Positions 29,251 to 38,605 of a stretch of 46,182 nt of DNA are shown here, piece after piece. Under the pieces are notes generated by a model. The model did no database searches. It had not been told where the DNA came from and saw only the letters and a list, made by a program, of their open reading frames with translations. Positions within the stretch are counted from its first letter, which is position 1, and each line of letters begins with the position of its first letter. Both the position numbers and the translations under genes were made by a program. This stretch comes from Gemmatimonadota bacterium (GTDB lineage Bacteria > Latescibacterota > UBA2968 > UBA8231), in NCBI GenBank assembly GCA_038128265.1, contig JAYPJE010000033.1:1-46182 (forward strand). The letters run 5' to 3'.

Positions 29251-30928
29251 GTTTCCCCCCGGCACGATTCTAGCCGTTGGCGCCCTGCTGTTGATCGGTA
29301 CCAAGGGCCGTCTCCAGGGGCTTCTCTCTCTGGTTCTGCCCATTTTGAGCTTCGCTCACCTGCTGCAATTCGAGGTGGGGACCCATATTTCGCTCGCGCT
29401 ATTCTCCTATGAACTAACGCCCATTCGCATTGATCGCCTAGCGCTGGTCTGGGGCTATATTTTTCACCTGGCGGCGTTTCTCAGCGCCTTATATGCCCTG
29501 CATGTGCGGGATGCTCTACAACACGTCAGCGGCGCGATTTATGCAGGCACGGCGATAGGGGCCGTATTCGCCGGGGATCTCATCACGCTATTCGTATACT
29601 GGGAGCTAACGGCCATTTCTTCCGTTTTCCTGGTATGGGCCAGCCGCACGGAAGCCAGCTACCGCTCCGGCATACGCTATTTAATTATTCAGGTGGGATC
29701 GGGCGTCATCCTGCTGTCCGGCGTATTACTGCACCTGCGCGATACGGGATCCATTGCCTTTGAGCACCTGGGCATCGGCTCGACGGCGACCCTGCTCATT
29801 CTGCTCGCATTTGGCATGAAGTGCGCTTTCCCGTTTCTTCACAACTGGCTGCAGGACGCCTATCCGCAGGCCACTCCGACCGGAACGGTATTTCTCAGCG
29901 CATTTACGACCAAGCTCGCCGTATACGCTCTCGCGCGCGGCTTCGCCGGCACTGAAATGCTCGTTTATATCGGTGCTGCCATGACCGCTTTCCCCGTGTT
30001 TTTTGCCGTAATCGAGAACGACCTGCGCCGCGTGCTGGCCTACAGCCTGAATAACCAGCTCGGCTTTATGGTCGTTGGGGTCGGGGTTGGAAGTGAACTC
30101 GCCCTCAATGGGACAGCATCCCATGCCTTCGCCCACATTCTTTACAAAGCGCTGCTCTTTATGGCCATGGGTGCGGTGATGACGCGCGTTGGAACGGCGA
30201 AGGCTTCCGAATTGGGCGCTCTGTACAAGTCCATGCCCTACACGACCTTCTTCTGCATTATAGGGGCTGCAGCGATCTCCGCATTCCCCCTATTCAGCGG
30301 CTTCGTTACCAAATCGCTGACTATGTCGGCCGTCGCGGAAAACCACTACACAGCGGTGTGGTTTATTATGCTTTTTGCCTCCGCCGGCGTGCTGCACCAT
30401 TCGGGTATCAAAATTCCCTACTACGGGTTCTTTGGACACGATCGCGGCCTGCGCTGCAAGGAAGCACCGCTCAATATGCTAGTGGCAATGGGCATTACTG
30501 CATTCCTATGTGTGGCAATCGGTGTCTACCCAACCGCTCTATACTCGATTCTTCCCTTCGCAGTAGACTACCAGCCCTACACCACCGAACACGTTCTAAC
30601 CCAGCTACAGCTGCTGTTCTTTGCCCTGCTATCCTTTGCCATACTCGCCCGCAAGCACTTGGAGCCGCCGGAGGTGCCCTCGACGATATTGGACAGCGAC
30701 TGGCTGTATAGAAAGCTGCTGCCCTCGGTCTTGCATCCCATCGGCCGCGGAATTATCGCCCTGCGCGATACCAGCGTGCGCCTAGGCAAAAATGTCATCG
30801 CGCAGCTAGTCCTATCCGTTAGTCAGCACCACGAACACGACGGACTGTTTTCGCGCACGTGGATGACCAGCAGCAGCGTGCTACTAGCGCTTATTTTCCT
30901 GGGACTATACGCCGTCTTTTATATGTAA
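29243..30928 (+). CDS. Mrp antiporter subunit D-like/MrpA N-terminal-like, copy 3
   Basis: FAGDLITLFVYWE, LHNWLQDAYP, SAFTTK, RRVLAYS, HAFAHILYKALLFM, FSGFVTKS. Confidence 0.9.
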   Translation: MLEFPPGTILAVGALLLIGTKGRLQGLLSLVLPILSFAHLLQFEVGTHISLALFSYELTPIRIDRLALVWGYIFHLAAFLSALYALHVRDALQHVSGAIYAGTAIGAVFAGDLITLFVYWELTAISSVFLVWASRTEASYRSGIRYLIIQVGSGVILLSGVLLHLRDTGSIAFEHLGIGSTATLLILLAFGMKCAFPFLHNWLQDAYPQATPTGTVFLSAFTTKLAVYALARGFAGTEMLVYIGAAMTAFPVFFAVIENDLRRVLAYSLNNQLGFMVVGVGVGSELALNGTASHAFAHILYKALLFMAMGAVMTRVGTAKASELGALYKSMPYTTFFCIIGAAAISAFPLFSGFVTKSLTMSAVAENHYTAVWFIMLFASAGVLHHSGIKIPYYGFFGHDRGLRCKEAPLNMLVAMGITAFLCVAIGVYPTALYSILPFAVDYQPYTTEHVLTQLQLLFFALLSFAILARKHLEPPEVPSTILDSDWLYRKLLPSVLHPIGRGIIALRDTSVRLGKNVIAQLVLSVSQHHEHDGLFSRTWMTSSSVLLALIFLGLYAVFYM

Positions 30929-30946
30929 GAATTGAGGCCAAGGCCT

Positions 30947-31480
30947 CTATAGGTAGCCGGCAAAACCCAGTGCGACCACGACGAGGCCGTGGTTGATCTG
31001 CCCGCTGTCGATCAGTGTGCGGATATCTGCGGTCTCGATTTCCAACACTTCGATATCTTCGCCCGCATCCAGCGCTTGTTCGTCTACTTTCCGCGCCCCT
31101 CGCGCCAAATAGCTGAAACACCAATTGTCCTGCAGCGCGGGGTTTGGAGCAACCTTGCCCAACGGCACAATCTCGTCGGCCACATACCCCGTCTCCTCGA
31201 GTAATTCGCGCGCAGCAGCCTCTGCCGGATCTTCGCCCTCTTCAACTACGCCACCTGGAATTTCCAACCCAACTTCCTCCGTGCCGTGCCGATACTGACG
31301 AATGGCAACGATGCGCCCCGCTGCGGTGACGGCCACGACATTCACCCACCGGTGCATTTCCAATACGAAAAAATCGTGTGCCTCACCGGTGCGCGGAGAA
31401 ACGGAGCGATCCTCACGCACGCGGAAAAAGTGAAAATCGGCTCGCTCCCTGCTGCCCGTTTTTTGCCAGCGATCGACCAT
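30947..31480 (-). CDS. NUDIX hydrolase (ADP-ribose pyrophosphatase-like)
   Basis: Nudix box GGVVEEGEDPAEAAARELLEETGY, QYRH, LEIPGG. Confidence 0.9.
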   Translation of the reverse strand: MVDRWQKTGSRERADFHFFRVREDRSVSPRTGEAHDFFVLEMHRWVNVVAVTAAGRIVAIRQYRHGTEEVGLEIPGGVVEEGEDPAEAAARELLEETGYVADEIVPLGKVAPNPALQDNWCFSYLARGARKVDEQALDAGEDIEVLEIETADIRTLIDSGQINHGLVVVALGFAGYL

Positions 31481-34215
31481 CAGCCCGTAGTCCTCAGTCC
31501 AGCGGCTACGCTTTGGATACTCTGGCGCAGTAAATCGCGCAGCCCATCGTCGTCATCCCCCCCATGTTGCAGCCGACGCAGCAGTTTGATTTGAATCAGG
31601 TTGAGCGGATCGACGTAGGGATCGCGTTCGGCTATGGAGCGCTGCAGCCAGGGCACGCCATCGAGCAACTGGCTGCGGCCGGTCATGTGTTCCAAAGCGG
31701 CACAGGTGCGTTTGTACTCTGCATCGAGCATGTTCCAGATAGCTTCGCCTTTGTCCCCATCCTGCATGAGAACGCCGTAGCTATGTGCCATGTGCATATC
31801 GGCTTTGGCTAAAGCAAGTTCGGCATTGTCGACCGTGCCGCGAAAAAAACTCCATTCTTCGTACATGCGCTGCAGCTCTTCCCATCCCTGCTCGCTCCCA
31901 GCTGCACATTCCGTTAGCGCACTGCCCATCCCGTACCAAGCGGGGATCAGCGCCCGACTTTGGGTCCAGGCAAAAACCCAGGGAATAGCGCGCAGGCTAT
32001 CGAGCGTCGCCGGCCCCGTGCGCCGGCGGGCAGGACGCGAACCAATGGGCAACTCTTCGATCACCGCAATGGGCGTGGCCGAGCGGAAATAGTCTACAAA
32101 GCTCGGCATTTCTACCAGCGCTCTGTAGGCGCGATAGGCCGATTCGCCCAAGTCATCCACGCTCTCAACCCACTGCAGCGGCGGTTCCTGCTCAACTTCC
32201 GCTTCGACCAGGAAGGTGGCGGAAGTAATTTGTTCGAGATGGCGAAAAGCGATGTGCGCGTCATCATAGCGCGCAGCCAACACCTCGCCCTGCTCGGTCA
32301 TGCGGATGGCTCCACCAACAGTATGGGGCGGAAGCGACATAATGCTGCGTGCGGCGGGCCCCCCACCGCGTCCAAGCGAACCACCGCGCCCGTGAAAAAA
32401 GACCACCTGTATCCCGCCCTCTTCGCCGATGGCATGCAGTGCAACCTGCGCCCTGTACTGAGCCCAACAAGCCGCTAGGTAGCCCCCGTCCTTCGTGCTG
32501 TCCGAATAGCCAATCATCACCGTCTGCACCGCTCCCGCAGACCGCACGCTCTGGGCATAGGCATCGCAGGTGAACAGCTCTTTGAGCACATGGCCGCCGC
32601 GTTTGAGATCGTCAATCGTCTCGAAGAGCGGCACAATACCTGCACTACCAACGCCCAGGGACGGGCTCCCAACTTCGCGCGCTGACCAGCGCAGCAGCCA
32701 CATTACTTCAAGCACATCGCTTGGCTGGTGCGTCATACTAATCACGTGACCACCCAAGACTTCGTCTCCGTAAAGCTGCACCGTGCGCGTGAGTAAGCGA
32801 AACAGCGAAAGCGTTTCGCGCGCCTGTTCGGAGAGGCCCTCCTCGCCTTCTAGCTTGAAGTCGTCCAGCGACTGCAGGAGCACTTGCTGGCGCTCGCCCT
32901 CCGCTAGGGACAGGTAATCGGCACAGCGCTCTGTGCGCGCGAGTAGTTCGGCGACAACTTGCTCATAAACGCCCGAGTCTTGGCGCACGTCTAGACGCGC
33001 CATGTGGAAACCGAAAATGCGAATGCGAAACAGCCAGTCCTCAACTGCGGCGGCGGCTACTTGACCTGCGCCATGTTCCACCAGGCTGCGATACACCGAT
33101 TCGACATCCCGCTCCAACTCGCCTGCGCGGCGATAGGCACCCTCCGGCCATTCTCCGTCAACCGCAATGGCCAAGCTTTGCTGTAGGCGCCACTCGACCA
33201 CGCGTAGAAAACGGCGATAGACTTCGAAAGGCGATATGCGCTGCAAACGCGCTGCGAGCTGGGGCCACTGTTCAAGCGCATCCTCGAGCGCAGCGGTCAC
33301 GGTGCTGCTGACCTGAGTCCAGCGCGTCGACATGCTCAGCAAGCGATAGGCCGCACTGCACTCCTGCACATGGGCCTCCAACGCCGCACGGCGCAGCGTG
33401 CTTAAAGTCTGTTGCGTAACCTCGCTCGTGACAAAGGGGTTGCCATCGCGGTCGCCGCCGATCCAGCTGCCAAAGTGCAGAAAGCGCGGCTGGTTGAAAA
33501 CGGCGCCTGGATAGTACTGCTCCAGTCCCTCCTCCAATTCGCGATAGAGGCGCGGCACGACGTCCCACAGCGTGTTCATGACAAAGAGCGAGCGCTCGAC
33601 TTCCTCCAAGACGGTGGGGCGCTCGGGGCGGTGCGAATCGGTCTGCCACAGCGAAGTCAGTTCGCCCAGCACGCGGCCTTCAATTTCACCCCTTTCGCGC
33701 GGCAGCAAATCAAAGGCCGACAGGTCAGCCAGCGCCTGCTGTAGCTTCCGCATGCTCTGGCGCAGCGTGCGCCGCTTGGCCTCAGTTGGGTGTGCGGTAA
33801 AAACGGGCTCGATGTCGAGCTGATCCAAAAACAGCTGAATCTGTGCGGCATCGCATCCGGCATCGCTCAGCTTTTTAAGCGCGGCTCCAATCGACTCGGG
33901 CCGCGGATCAACGCCGCTGCGCCCCTCGCGATCGCGCAGCACCCGCACTCGGTGGCGATCTTCAACCATATTGATCAAGTCAAAGAGAATGCCAATTGCG
34001 CGCAGCACAACGCTGGCATCGTCGTCGCTCATGCGATCGACCAGTGCGCTCAACTCGCGCTCGGCGCGCTCGTCGCCACGGCGGCGCGCACGCGCCAATT
34101 CAATTACGTGCTCAACCAACTCCGTCTGCCGCACCCCAACCTGTTCTTGCATCACCTTATAGAGGTCGGCTGTTAGCTTGCGCACTTCCTGTACGAGTGT
34201 GTGGGGACTTGCCAT
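31480..34215 (-). CDS. ppc: Phosphoenolpyruvate carboxylase
   Basis: FTAHPTE, SWIGGDRDGNP, VPLFET, VMIGYSDSTKDGG, FHGRGGSLGRGG, LRAIPWVFAW, C-terminal GLRTTG. Confidence 0.98.
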   Translation of the reverse strand: MASPHTLVQEVRKLTADLYKVMQEQVGVRQTELVEHVIELARARRRGDERAERELSALVDRMSDDDASVVLRAIGILFDLINMVEDRHRVRVLRDREGRSGVDPRPESIGAALKKLSDAGCDAAQIQLFLDQLDIEPVFTAHPTEAKRRTLRQSMRKLQQALADLSAFDLLPRERGEIEGRVLGELTSLWQTDSHRPERPTVLEEVERSLFVMNTLWDVVPRLYRELEEGLEQYYPGAVFNQPRFLHFGSWIGGDRDGNPFVTSEVTQQTLSTLRRAALEAHVQECSAAYRLLSMSTRWTQVSSTVTAALEDALEQWPQLAARLQRISPFEVYRRFLRVVEWRLQQSLAIAVDGEWPEGAYRRAGELERDVESVYRSLVEHGAGQVAAAAVEDWLFRIRIFGFHMARLDVRQDSGVYEQVVAELLARTERCADYLSLAEGERQQVLLQSLDDFKLEGEEGLSEQARETLSLFRLLTRTVQLYGDEVLGGHVISMTHQPSDVLEVMWLLRWSAREVGSPSLGVGSAGIVPLFETIDDLKRGGHVLKELFTCDAYAQSVRSAGAVQTVMIGYSDSTKDGGYLAACWAQYRAQVALHAIGEEGGIQVVFFHGRGGSLGRGGGPAARSIMSLPPHTVGGAIRMTEQGEVLAARYDDAHIAFRHLEQITSATFLVEAEVEQEPPLQWVESVDDLGESAYRAYRALVEMPSFVDYFRSATPIAVIEELPIGSRPARRRTGPATLDSLRAIPWVFAWTQSRALIPAWYGMGSALTECAAGSEQGWEELQRMYEEWSFFRGTVDNAELALAKADMHMAHSYGVLMQDGDKGEAIWNMLDAEYKRTCAALEHMTGRSQLLDGVPWLQRSIAERDPYVDPLNLIQIKLLRRLQHGGDDDDGLRDLLRQSIQSVAAGLRTTG

Positions 34216-34236
34216 GAGCTTTGCTTTGTAGGGAAT

Positions 34237-34740
34237 TTAAAGAGCTAGGTCTCGTCTAATCTTTTCGACAATGGCATCGGGCGTGGCATCGATGTCTACG
34301 GACAGCGCGTCGCTTGGCTCCTCCAGTGTTTGAAACTGACTTTCCAAGAGACTGGCTGGCATGTAACGATGTACCCGCGCAGCCAAGCGCTCAGCGATGA
34401 GCTCTCTACTGCCTTTCAAATGCACAACGCGCACGGCAGCGCGGTCGTCAACCAGAATCTGCCGATAGCTTTCCTTGAGCGCCGAGCAGGCGAGAATAGC
34501 ACCCGTTCCAGCGGCCAGCCACGCTCCGATTTGATCGCCCAAACCGCGCAGCCACGGCCAGCGATCTTCGTCGTTGAGTGCGATTCCCTGCGCCATCTTT
34601 TCCACATTGGCCGCCGGGTGATAATCATCGGCATCGCAGTAGATCCAACCAAGCCGCTCAGCGAGCAGTTCACCCACTGTTGACTTGCCACATCCAGTGA
34701 CCCCCATCAATACGATCACTCTGCACTGTTCCCTGACCAT
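34237..34740 (-). CDS. gntK: Gluconokinase (GntK/IdnK type)
   Basis: P-loop MGVTGCGKST, DADDYHP, LNDEDRWPWL, ACSALK, LLESQF.TLE. ATG 34740 with AAGGAG RBS. Confidence 0.93.
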   Translation of the reverse strand: MVREQCRVIVLMGVTGCGKSTVGELLAERLGWIYCDADDYHPAANVEKMAQGIALNDEDRWPWLRGLGDQIGAWLAAGTGAILACSALKESYRQILVDDRAAVRVVHLKGSRELIAERLAARVHRYMPASLLESQFQTLEEPSDALSVDIDATPDAIVEKIRRDLAL

Positions 34741-34836
34741 GCTCTCCTTTTTGTCTTTTCCGAAGAGATTAACATACGCATACATCACAAGTATTCAAGA
34801 GCGCCGACCCATCTCATTCCTTCCTCGACACGCAGA

Positions 34837-34860
34837 AGGCCCCGGCGCAAACCGGGGCCT
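34837..34860 (-). terminator. GC-rich hairpin downstream of the Gfo/Idh/MocA gene
   Basis: AGGCCCCGG-CGCAAA-CCGGGGCCT, a 9-bp perfect stem. The U-tract is weak, so it may be a partial terminator or a stability hairpin. Confidence 0.45.
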
Positions 34861-34882
34861 CCCAACACAGCAAAACGGCAAA

Positions 34883-35887
34883 TCAACTCAGCGTCTCAAC
34901 ATCGACCCACGTGCCCGAGGCACTTGATTTATAGCAGGCCTCTATAATCGCCACTGCATCGGCCGAACAGGCTAGATCCTCGTTTAATTCTTCGCGTCCT
35001 ATTTCGCCTCGAACGGCAGCCAGCAGGCGCTCGACGCGCGTTGGACGTTCCCTGCCTTCTTCGACGGGCTGCGGATCTTTGCCCGGCGCGGCAACGACAT
35101 AACCCAACTGCGGATGATTAAACAACGTTGCATCGCTGCCCGTCACTTCCAAACCGCCAATTCCACCCGTCTGAACCCAAGAAGCCTCTACGGTACCCAG
35201 GGCTCCGTCGGCAAAGCGAAACAGCGCGATGCCGTGATCATCAACCGCACTGTAAATGCCCGAAGCGTTGCCGATGGTAGCCATCACTTTGTCGACTTTG
35301 CCGATAAAAGAGCGCAGTAAGTGAACCGCATGAGCACCCATATCCATGAAAGCACCTCCACCAGCCAAGTCTGGGTTGCTAAACCAGGCCAGGTCTTCCG
35401 AGTCGAACCAGCGGCCATAGGCGGCGTGGTGGGCATTGCGAAAACGGGCGTGCGTTATCTGACCCAAACCGCCGCTGTCGATGATGCTCTTTACTCCCTG
35501 CATCACGCCCGCAAACGGCTGAAAGTACCCCATGTGGACGATCGTATCGTGCTGGCTAATTAGCGCCAGAGCCGCCGAGGCATCGACCCCGCTCGTCGTA
35601 AACGGCTTTTCGCAGAATATCGGCTTGCCGACGGGAATAGCCGCCTGTAGCAGGGGCAGATGGCGCGTATTTTCTGCACAAATTATAAATGCATCTACGT
35701 CGTCCCTGCCGACTACGCCATCTAGGTCACCGCTAAATTCAGCTCCGTACTCGTCGGCATAGCGCGTGCCGCGATCGGCGACATCGTCCCACAGAGCCAC
35801 GAGCGAACAGTCTTCTCGCTGCGATATTTCCTGTAAAAAACCGCGGGTGTGAATATGCGCGGCTGAGAGCAATGCTATCTTGACCAA
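34883..35887 (-). CDS. Gfo/Idh/MocA family oxidoreductase
   Basis: ENTRH, IFCEKP, GGGAFMDMGAH. TTG 35887 after AAGGAAG. Confidence 0.9.
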   Translation of the reverse strand: MVKIALLSAAHIHTRGFLQEISQREDCSLVALWDDVADRGTRYADEYGAEFSGDLDGVVGRDDVDAFIICAENTRHLPLLQAAIPVGKPIFCEKPFTTSGVDASAALALISQHDTIVHMGYFQPFAGVMQGVKSIIDSGGLGQITHARFRNAHHAAYGRWFDSEDLAWFSNPDLAGGGAFMDMGAHAVHLLRSFIGKVDKVMATIGNASGIYSAVDDHGIALFRFADGALGTVEASWVQTGGIGGLEVTGSDATLFNHPQLGYVVAAPGKDPQPVEEGRERPTRVERLLAAVRGEIGREELNEDLACSADAVAIIEACYKSSASGTWVDVETLS

Positions 35888-35951
35888 AATTCGCTTCCTT
35901 TCTCTAGCTAAATGTGAACACATCCAATCTGCGCGCCCCGGCGAAAGGCAC

Positions 35952-36875
35952 TTATATGTCGAGCAGGCGATGGCTCAGGAATTCCGTACAGCGAACGACA
36001 TCCACTTCAACGGCACATTCTACGGGATAGCCTCGCCGTTCATCGCCTGAGCACACCACAGTGTGGCCGATCTGGTCTCCCTTTGTTTCTACGTCGATAG
36101 ACACGGTGCGGAAATCAAATAGGGATGGGTCGATAACCATGGCCACAGCAGCTGGGTCGTGCAGGTGCAACCCTGAAAAGTCCGATTGTTCCTGCTCATA
36201 TTGAATAACCGAATGCGTCGCATCCGTAACAAACGGCCCCCACGCGTCGCTCCGCCCCCTCAATCGCGCAGCGATCTGATCCTTCATAAGAGCCAGTTTC
36301 TCCGTTATATCGAGGGGTATGAGCGTCAGGTTAACTTCGGCCTGCAATAGCTCTACCAGAGCATGGGGGTCAGCATAGACATTAAACTCGCTGTGCGGCG
36401 TCACATTGCCCGCACGCCATAGCGCTCCCCCCATGGCCACCACGCGACGTGCGCAATTGAGCACGCCCGGCGACGCTCTCTCGGCCAGTGCGAGGTTGGT
36501 TAACGGACCCACGGCGACTACAATTAATTCGCCAGGACGCGCTCTAATTTCATCGACAAGGCCGTCTACGGCACCTCCGGCTGGCAGCATGCTCGGCTCG
36601 GGCAAGCGCGCTTGGCCCAGCCCTTCACTGCCGTGCACGGCGTGCGCATCGACGGCACTGCGCGCGAGCGGAGCGTCGGCTCCCACATAGACGGGCACCT
36701 CGTCGCGCCCCAATAACTCGAGTACCTGCAGCGCATTGCGCACCCCCACTTCCTGCGCAACGTTACCTGCAACGACGGCTACGCCAACAATTTCGACCTC
36801 GGGAGACTTCGATGCCAGACCGATAGCCAGCGCATCGTCTACGCCCATATCTGTGTCGATCCATAGTGGCTGCAT
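35952..36875 (-). CDS. Nucleoside hydrolase (IU-NH family)
   Basis: DTDMGVDD, VHGSEGLG, GPLTN, GNVTPHSEFN.YADP, LHDP. Confidence 0.93.
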   Translation of the reverse strand: MQPLWIDTDMGVDDALAIGLASKSPEVEIVGVAVVAGNVAQEVGVRNALQVLELLGRDEVPVYVGADAPLARSAVDAHAVHGSEGLGQARLPEPSMLPAGGAVDGLVDEIRARPGELIVVAVGPLTNLALAERASPGVLNCARRVVAMGGALWRAGNVTPHSEFNVYADPHALVELLQAEVNLTLIPLDITEKLALMKDQIAARLRGRSDAWGPFVTDATHSVIQYEQEQSDFSGLHLHDPAAVAMVIDPSLFDFRTVSIDVETKGDQIGHTVVCSGDERRGYPVECAVEVDVVRCTEFLSHRLLDI

Positions 36876-36886
36876 AGCTCTTCTCC

Positions 36887-37687
36887 CTACGCGTCGCCTT
36901 CCGCCCGATCGCTCGCTCGATAACCTACTTCATCAGCGGCGCTCTCGATATCGACCCATCGCCATGCATTGTCTGACATGCCGTAGTAGATACCAAATTT
37001 TACATCAGGGTCTGCGTCAATACAGCAGCGCGTGAGTTCGGCAATATCGCGCTGACTACACCATATATCGCCACGACCGTTGCGAGGCTCGTCCTCGCCG
37101 GTCACCCAGCCAATGCGGATGCACAGACTCGACATGCCGTGGCTGTGACCGTAGACGCGCGCCAGCGACTCGGCCCACACCTTGCTGGCCGCATAGAGAT
37201 TGCGCGGCTGTCCGGGCGTCCGGCTGGTAACGCGGTCATAGTCCGTCGGCACGTCGCCGTAGCGCCCCTCGGCAATCGCCCGATAGGGCTCTGCCTCGCA
37301 GTCCCCAGTCGAGACCTGGATCGTGCTGGCGGCAACGACGCGCTGCACGCCGGCATCGAGACTTGCTTCAAACACATTGTACGCCCCAATCAGATTGTTG
37401 TCGCGCAGACTCTCCCATCCGCGCCCAGCCGGGTCCGCCGCCATATGCACGACGACGTCCATCCCATCGACGGCCCGCCGTACAGCCTCCATATCGGCAA
37501 TGTCGCAGACGTGATAGCGCCCGTCAGCTAGGTCGATGGCGCGGCCGTCAAATACGCGCTCCGAAAGGTCGCGGCGACGCCCCAGACCGTGCAATTCGTA
37601 GCGCTCTGGCCACTGCTTTAGGTGCAGGTACACGGCGCTCCCCACCAAACCAGATATGCCTGTTATGAGAATTTTCTTAGCCGTCAT
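36887..37687 (-). CDS. NAD-dependent epimerase/dehydratase family (uronate-dehydrogenase-like)
   Basis: TGISGLVG, N..GAYNVFEA, LYAASK, CIRIG, SQRD, YGMSDN...W.D. Confidence 0.85.
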   Translation of the reverse strand: MTAKKILITGISGLVGSAVYLHLKQWPERYELHGLGRRRDLSERVFDGRAIDLADGRYHVCDIADMEAVRRAVDGMDVVVHMAADPAGRGWESLRDNNLIGAYNVFEASLDAGVQRVVAASTIQVSTGDCEAEPYRAIAEGRYGDVPTDYDRVTSRTPGQPRNLYAASKVWAESLARVYGHSHGMSSLCIRIGWVTGEDEPRNGRGDIWCSQRDIAELTRCCIDADPDVKFGIYYGMSDNAWRWVDIESAADEVGYRASDRAEGDA

Positions 37688-37710
37688 AGCAATGTATCCA
37701 TGCGTAGAGT

Positions 37711-38601
37711 TCAGGTTATCAACGGCGCGAGGCGCTGCGCGTTTTGGTTGAAAATCTTCTGCGCGCCCCCTTCAGATAGGTCCAATGTTCGCAGGAAGAG
37801 CTGCAAATCATTTCCCGGCGCGTCACGCCCGTACAGCAGCCGATCGGCGTAGCGCTCGAGAAACTGGCGTGCGTGCTCCAAGTCGCGCCGCAGCGCCCCC
37901 AATCCAGATCCCGCCGAAAGGTCGGCATAGAGATTCTGATACGTATCGAGTAGCCGTATCAACTCGCCCCCGGGCACAATGGGCCCTTGCGGATAGGCCG
38001 ACGGATCCCGTTCGGCATCGCCGCTTATATAGCGCCAAAAGCCGGGCGCATGACCGATGAATATCGTATCGGGACAGGCCTGCAACGCGCGTTCGAGCGG
38101 TCCGGGCATGCCCCCGTACCAGTGCGGCTGGTATACCGGCACGCCGCGCTCGTCCGGCAAGTACGGCACGTCCAGGTGCAGGACGACCGGACAGGATAGG
38201 GCGCCCGCTGTGCGAAACAGCTCGATGCTGCGCGGATCGTCCAACAGCATGCGATAGCTCCACTCGCCACAGACGCGCACGCCGTGCGTGTGGTAGGCCG
38301 CCTCAAAGAGTTCGCTGGCATGCCCCTCGCTTGGGCAAGGACAATAACCCGCTACAAAGCGCTGGGGAAAGGCCCGACACGCATCCAATACATCGGCGAG
38401 TGGCGAACCGGCATGCGTGCCGTCTACCCGCTTGTTGAGCGGGCTGAAAGCCCGGTGTGAAGAAGGGACGTCTTCAGCCGGTGGGATGTACCAGGTTAGA
38501 ATCCACGCGCGCCCAATGCCGAAACGGTCCATCTCTTCCACTACGCCCGCCGCATCTAACCCGTGGTAGTTTACATGCATGTGGGAATCGACTAACTCCA
38601 C
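37711..38601 (-). CDS. Amidohydrolase_2 family metal-dependent hydrolase
   Basis: VDSHMH, PVVLH, FIGHA, DLSAGSG, LLYGRD, IFNQNA. GTG 38601. Confidence 0.85.
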   Translation of the reverse strand: MELVDSHMHVNYHGLDAAGVVEEMDRFGIGRAWILTWYIPPAEDVPSSHRAFSPLNKRVDGTHAGSPLADVLDACRAFPQRFVAGYCPCPSEGHASELFEAAYHTHGVRVCGEWSYRMLLDDPRSIELFRTAGALSCPVVLHLDVPYLPDERGVPVYQPHWYGGMPGPLERALQACPDTIFIGHAPGFWRYISGDAERDPSAYPQGPIVPGGELIRLLDTYQNLYADLSAGSGLGALRRDLEHARQFLERYADRLLYGRDAPGNDLQLFLRTLDLSEGGAQKIFNQNAQRLAPLIT

Positions 38602-38605
38602 CTGC

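Noticed and set aside
23655..30928. Mrp region as a horizontally acquired island or respiratory complex I fragment
   Set aside because: The higher T content is explained by membrane-protein codons. There are no mobility genes, flanking repeats or Nuo redox subunits.
30947..31480. NUDIX as the partner of the ART-HEAT protein
   Set aside because: It lies about 27 kb away and is coupled to ppc. Nothing in the sequence links the two.
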